From a virus (taxonomy: Duplodnaviria > Caudoviricetes), in the IMG/VR virus record IMGVR_UViG_3300031578_000021, positions 1,060 through 65,059 of that record: a DNA stretch of 64,000 nucleotides; one strand, 5' to 3'. The notes beneath the pieces were generated by a model. The model was given only the letters and a program-made list of their open reading frames with translations. It had not been told where the DNA came from and did no database searches. Position numbers and translations under genes: made by a program. Positions 60,293 through 64,000 of this stretch are shown piece after piece (positions within the stretch are counted from its first letter, which is position 1; every line of letters begins with the position of its first letter).

Positions 60293-60321
60293 ATTCTACA
60301 CCTAACCCGTAGGAATGTCAA
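60293..60321 (-). promoter_or_regulatory. sigma70-type promoter for the packaging/structural operon
   Basis: TTGACA-N17-TAGAAT on the minus strand. Confidence 0.7.
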
Positions 60322-60394
60322 CGGATTGGGGGAAGATATATGTATATTGTAGCCTTATGACGAAAAGCTATTGTAGAATAGCCCAAAACTACAC

Positions 60395-60431
60395 AAATCT
60401 CCTTAAAACTTGCCCAAAATCTCCTTAAAAC
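60395..60431. repeat. 15-bp direct repeat AAATCTCCTTAAAAC, 22-bp period
   Basis: 60395-60409 and 60417-60431. Confidence 0.75.
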
Positions 60432-60536
60432 GTAAGAAAATGCGGAAAAATGGGATGAAAACTTAGGTGATTTTGGTGGAAAATGTGGAGAGTTTTGGGA
60501 TGATTTTTCTCAGAAATTTGGGTTGGGGGTATAAGC

Positions 60537-60748
60537 CGCAAGAAACGTGCCAACAAATCCGCCCAGGACCCTCTCGCAAGGTTTATTTTCGATTTGCCTC
60601 AAGTTGGCATGAAGATTGCAAAGCTTTCGCCGTGCAAGGAACGTGCCAAGCGCGGCTGCAGCCAAGTGGCAGGAAAATTGCGAGGCAAGCATTGGGCCAA
60701 GGCTCAAGGTTGGGTTGGCATGGTTCGTGCAAGGCAAGAAGTGGGCCA
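60537..60748. promoter_or_regulatory. array of seven sigma54 (RpoN) -24/-12 motifs
   Basis: TGGC-N9-GC (GG-N10-GC) at 60537-52(-), 60605-20(+), 60633-48(-), 60667-82(+), 60684-99(-), 60716-31(+), 60733-48(-). Confidence 0.8.
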
Positions 60749-60862
60749 ACCAATCGTCACCGATTAAAGGACACGGCTGCAGGTGTTGTTAAACGAATTA
60801 CAACAAAAGGGTTGTGTGAAAATAGGGGCGTTGGGTTGACACATTTGTTAAGAAAAAAGTTC

Positions 60863-60891
60863 GTGACATTTGGTGTAATCGGAGCGATAAT
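60863..60891 (+). promoter_or_regulatory. sigma70-type early promoter
   Basis: GTGACA-N17-GATAAT ahead of the first plus-strand ORF (ATG 60929). Confidence 0.55.
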
Positions 60892-61086
60892 TCTTAATCG
60901 AAAGCGAAGAAAGAACGGAGTCGAAACCATGAACGTTTATGACAATCGCGGAATGTGGATCGGGGAATTTATCGGAATGGACGGTCGCCTGGTCATTTAT
61001 CGCGACCGTTTCGGCGACATACACAGCGAATATCGTGGGTTGGTTCAAATCCGTTAAAAACGAACGATGAACGGTGGAGAAAGCAA

Positions 61087-61281
61087 ATGACCGAAACCCG
61101 TTACCAGCGCGTGGCCCGTGAAATAGCCGAACGTCAAGCGGCCAGGGAAAAGCGGATGGCCGATGAACAGCGCAAGGCTCGCAAGCCGCGGAAGACCGCA
61201 AAGCGATGGGAAGATGAACGCACGGCCAACCACATTGACGGTTTCGACCGTGACGATTTGGGGTACAGCCCGGATTATTAA
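61087..61281 (+). CDS. small early protein
   Basis: GGAG RBS; C-terminal DGFDRDDLGYSPDY. Confidence 0.6.
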   Translation: MTETRYQRVAREIAERQAAREKRMADEQRKARKPRKTAKRWEDERTANHIDGFDRDDLGYSPDY

Positions 61282-61621
61282 CCCTTTCCAAAGGCCGGAA
61301 GGGGAACCGGCCTTGAGTAAGGGCTAAGACCATGGAGAAAGATATGACTAAGTTGGTTAAGGCAGAGACCATTCTTTACGGTTGGGCCACGGGAAAGGTT
61401 AAGCCTAGTGCCGTGCATGTTGCCATGGCAAAGCTTGGGCTCGTGGTCGATCTAAGGAAGGGTTGGGCGAACGTTCTCGAAGTCGCCGATGTTGCGACCG
61501 GGGAACTTTGGGAAGTGGCGATTTGACGTTGACGCCAACCTATCTTGCGAGGTAGGTTGGAATGAACGCCAAGCGTTCAACCGGGCAATTTCGCCCAACA
61601 AGCATAGAAAGGAACTACCTC

Positions 61622-62137
61622 ATGCCTAAGCGTCGTTTGGAACGGGACTATCATTCGGAGTCGGCCCTTGCGTCGGGCGTTGTGGCGTTCAAGGATACCG
61701 TCACCGAGAAAGCGTACACTTTCGACACCACCAAGATTTTCCCGACGTTCGGGGAATTCAACGCCATTCAAAAGAAGATGGTTCTCATGGCCGTCAACAA
61801 TGTGTTGGGCGATACGGCGGCTGACAAGGAAAAGGACGCCATTGAAGCCATTACCGCGCGTGGCGTCAAGCTTCTCGCCGGTGAGTGGTCGGGCCGTGGG
61901 TCGGGCGGAAGTGGTCCGCGTATGACCGTCCTGGCCGAGGCCGTTGCCGCCGTCAAGGGCATGGAGATCGAAGACGTGATTGCCAAGCTCGAAACGATGG
62001 ATGACGAAACCAAGAAGAAGCTGAAGGCGCATCCCGCCGTTGCGGCCAAGATGGCCGAGATCACCGCCAAGCGTGCGGCGGAAAAGGCGAAGAAGGCCAA
62101 GGGCGACGCCAAGGAGGCGGGCGAACTCGACTTCTAG
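61622..62137 (+). CDS. Lys/Ala-rich early hypothetical protein, probably highly expressed
   Basis: AAGGA RBS, strong GC3 bias, W...GSGG linker. Confidence 0.7.
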   Translation: MPKRRLERDYHSESALASGVVAFKDTVTEKAYTFDTTKIFPTFGEFNAIQKKMVLMAVNNVLGDTAADKEKDAIEAITARGVKLLAGEWSGRGSGGSGPRMTVLAEAVAAVKGMEIEDVIAKLETMDDETKKKLKAHPAVAAKMAEITAKRAAEKAKKAKGDAKEAGELDF

Positions 62138-62230
62138 GGCCTTATACGATTGCGGGATGCATGGTCAATCATCCCGCTTTCGCATAAAGCCTTATCATAT
62201 TAGTCATAACCGTCAGATGGAGGGATAACC

Positions 62231-62677
62231 ATGTTTGACGACTTGCTAGAAGATGTTGGCGACTTTATGCCAAGGAAAATTGCGCCTGAATATCTTGATG
62301 ATATGAAGGCGCTAAAGGATGAAATCCTTGGCCCCCTTTCCGGTCATAAGGCCGTGGTGGGGCTTAGGGTATATCCAACAAATACCAGTCGGGGAATGGC
62401 CTATTGGGCGCATCCCGTCATTACAATCCCCGTATTCGCCATCCACAAAGCGAAGATCAATCCCGGCTATACCCATTGGTATATGGCGCATGAACTGGCC
62501 CATAAATTCGCATACTATGAGTGCGAATATAAAGACCATGGAGCTAAGTTCATGTATTGGCTTAAGCTTCTTTGCCCCGCCAAGTATCAACACTATGAGC
62601 TAGGCTACAAGCCAAGGCTTGCGGCTGCAGCCGGGATTTCAAGTAAGGAAAGCGAAGACGCCTTACGGAATTTCTAA
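62231..62677 (+). CDS. SprT-like zinc metallopeptidase
   Basis: HELAH followed by DHG..F. Confidence 0.7.
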   Translation: MFDDLLEDVGDFMPRKIAPEYLDDMKALKDEILGPLSGHKAVVGLRVYPTNTSRGMAYWAHPVITIPVFAIHKAKINPGYTHWYMAHELAHKFAYYECEYKDHGAKFMYWLKLLCPAKYQHYELGYKPRLAAAAGISSKESEDALRNF

Positions 62678-63013
62678 TGCCTAATCTTTAGGCAACAATC
62701 TCCTACCGCCTAAAGTTTATGCATATCAATTCAAGCCAGAAGGAAGATACAAAATGCTTAAGCTAACCCGCGTATGTCGAGAAGAAAACGCCTCAACCTT
62801 CCGCGTCGATATTCTTCTCATGACCCAACAAACCCCTATGCTTACCGCACGCGGTCTTGTCTATCCGCGCTACCAGCTTATCGAAGAAATTCCCAATATC
62901 CCAACCTATAAGGCCGCGTTGGGGATTTCCCGCTGGATTGAAAAGAATGACATTCGACAACTCGCCGTTGATATTGCTAAGACGAAAGTTGCGGAGAGGC
63001 TTGGGGAATAGCT

Positions 63014-63394
63014 ATGCTTATCCGCCCCTTCCTCGCGCTAAGCCTAATCGCTTGCCTTTCTACGGGGCAAGCCATGGCTGCCGACTACCCCAAAACCGAT
63101 CTAATAGGGAATGCCTATCCTAAAGAATGTCGGACTGATCTAAGCACAATCCCTGCTAGGCTAAACTTTGTTTCCGAGGCGGCTTTAATCCACCTTTCCG
63201 CCCGCTTTGGAAATATAGTTCTTCGAGATAACGATATCATCCGAGGGCTAGTCTTATTCACCCTCCCAAAGCCAACTATTTTCATTCTGCGCGGGCTTAC
63301 CAAGGCGCAAATGGCCGATACTATCCACCACGAGCGCTGCCATATCCTTTATATGACAAAAAAGGGCCAGCCGCATTGGCATAAGGGCTATTAA
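63014..63394 (+). CDS. secreted protein with HExxH motif
   Basis: Signal peptide ending AMA; HHERCH. Confidence 0.55.
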   Translation: MLIRPFLALSLIACLSTGQAMAADYPKTDLIGNAYPKECRTDLSTIPARLNFVSEAALIHLSARFGNIVLRDNDIIRGLVLFTLPKPTIFILRGLTKAQMADTIHHERCHILYMTKKGQPHWHKGY

Positions 63395-63444
63395 TGACGT
63401 GGGAGGATGGTTAAATGGGTTTGGTGGACCATAAGGACGATACG

Positions 63445-63717
63445 GCCCTATGGCGGGATAGGCATATATAGGGGGTGGGTTGTATCCATGGATAGACATA
63501 TACACGTGCATGGTGTGTGACATATATGTCACAATAGTGTGACATATATACATCATATATATTAGTAAAAAAATATATATAAAAATATACATATAAGATA
63601 TAAGAAACCCATTCATAGTTTTACGGATATGTCAACATATATTTTTATGCACTTATAACGATAGTGGACGATATGGGTTCCCGCCACCCCCTATATATGG
63701 CATAGCGGCCATAGGGC
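63445..63717. repeat. long inverted repeat around an AT-rich core; candidate replication origin
   Basis: 16-bp IR 63463-78/63684-99, 10-bp IR 63445-54/63708-17, 18-bp palindrome 63516-33. Confidence 0.6.
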
Positions 63718-63768
63718 TAGATGGTCTACATGGGCCATAGGACCACCGGGACGCTAGGGAAATAAGGG

Positions 63769-63797
63769 TTGATCGGGACCGGGGTCTATGCTACAAT
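63769..63797 (+). promoter_or_regulatory. sigma70-type promoter
   Basis: TTGATC-N17-TACAAT with extended -10 TG. Confidence 0.5.
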
Positions 63798-64000
63798 CTT
63801 TCTAGGATGGCCGTTCGGCCAAAGCTTTCGGATAAAAAGACAACGCTACTTAAAATAAGGTGCCAATTATGGATACAGGAAGTTTGGGATAACCCCTCCA
63901 TAGCGGGAGCCCTTTTAGGGTGGCCCGCTTTAGGGGTCACTAAGGTCACACAGCATATCCTTTGAAAGGGAAATATTATGGAAAAGAAGGAAATGGGTTT

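Noticed and set aside
60467-61057. 196-aa ORF across the sigma54 array
   Set aside because: Sequence is explained by DNA motifs and promoters; only the last 42 codons (ATG 60929, GGAG RBS) look like a gene
1-64000. Stop-codon reassignment or a lysogeny module
   Set aside because: Core genes are full length in the standard code and use all three stops; no suppressor tRNA, integrase or CI-like repressor recognised

Overview
The window is most or all of a tailed dsDNA phage genome (siphovirus-like). I see no integrase or repressor. An alphaproteobacterial host is my inference only. Plus strand 1-38161 and 60929-64000: many small early ORFs, a dense non-coding RNA region (a tandem array of closed structured elements at 999-1905, a type I hammerhead ribozyme at 2732-2793, a ~285-nt RNA carrying a tRNA-Arg-like domain behind a DIP1984/septicolysin-like gene, two intact tRNAs), an acyl carrier protein, a DUF5675 endolysin candidate, a glycosyltransferase/methyltransferase/UDP-sulfoquinovose synthase (SqdB) cluster, and a replication module (RecD-like helicase, PD-(D/E)XK nuclease, dNTP hydrolases, AAA ATPase, DnaQ exonuclease, ParB-methylase, a UDG-fused family A polymerase split in two by a MazG-like gene plus thyX, DUF3987 helicase). 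Minus strand 38215-60267: terminase, portal, protease, capsid, neck, tail, tail-tip, receptor-binding and lysis genes. The divergent intergenic region at ~60270-60930 holds seven sigma54-type (-24/-12) motifs, six of them in convergent pairs. Best candidates for undescribed systems: the DIP1984-like protein plus tRNA-containing ncRNA, the ncRNA array, the sulfoquinovose glycosylation module and the sigma54 site array. All protein family calls come from motif recognition by eye, and RNA pairings were read manually; no searches or folding programs were run.
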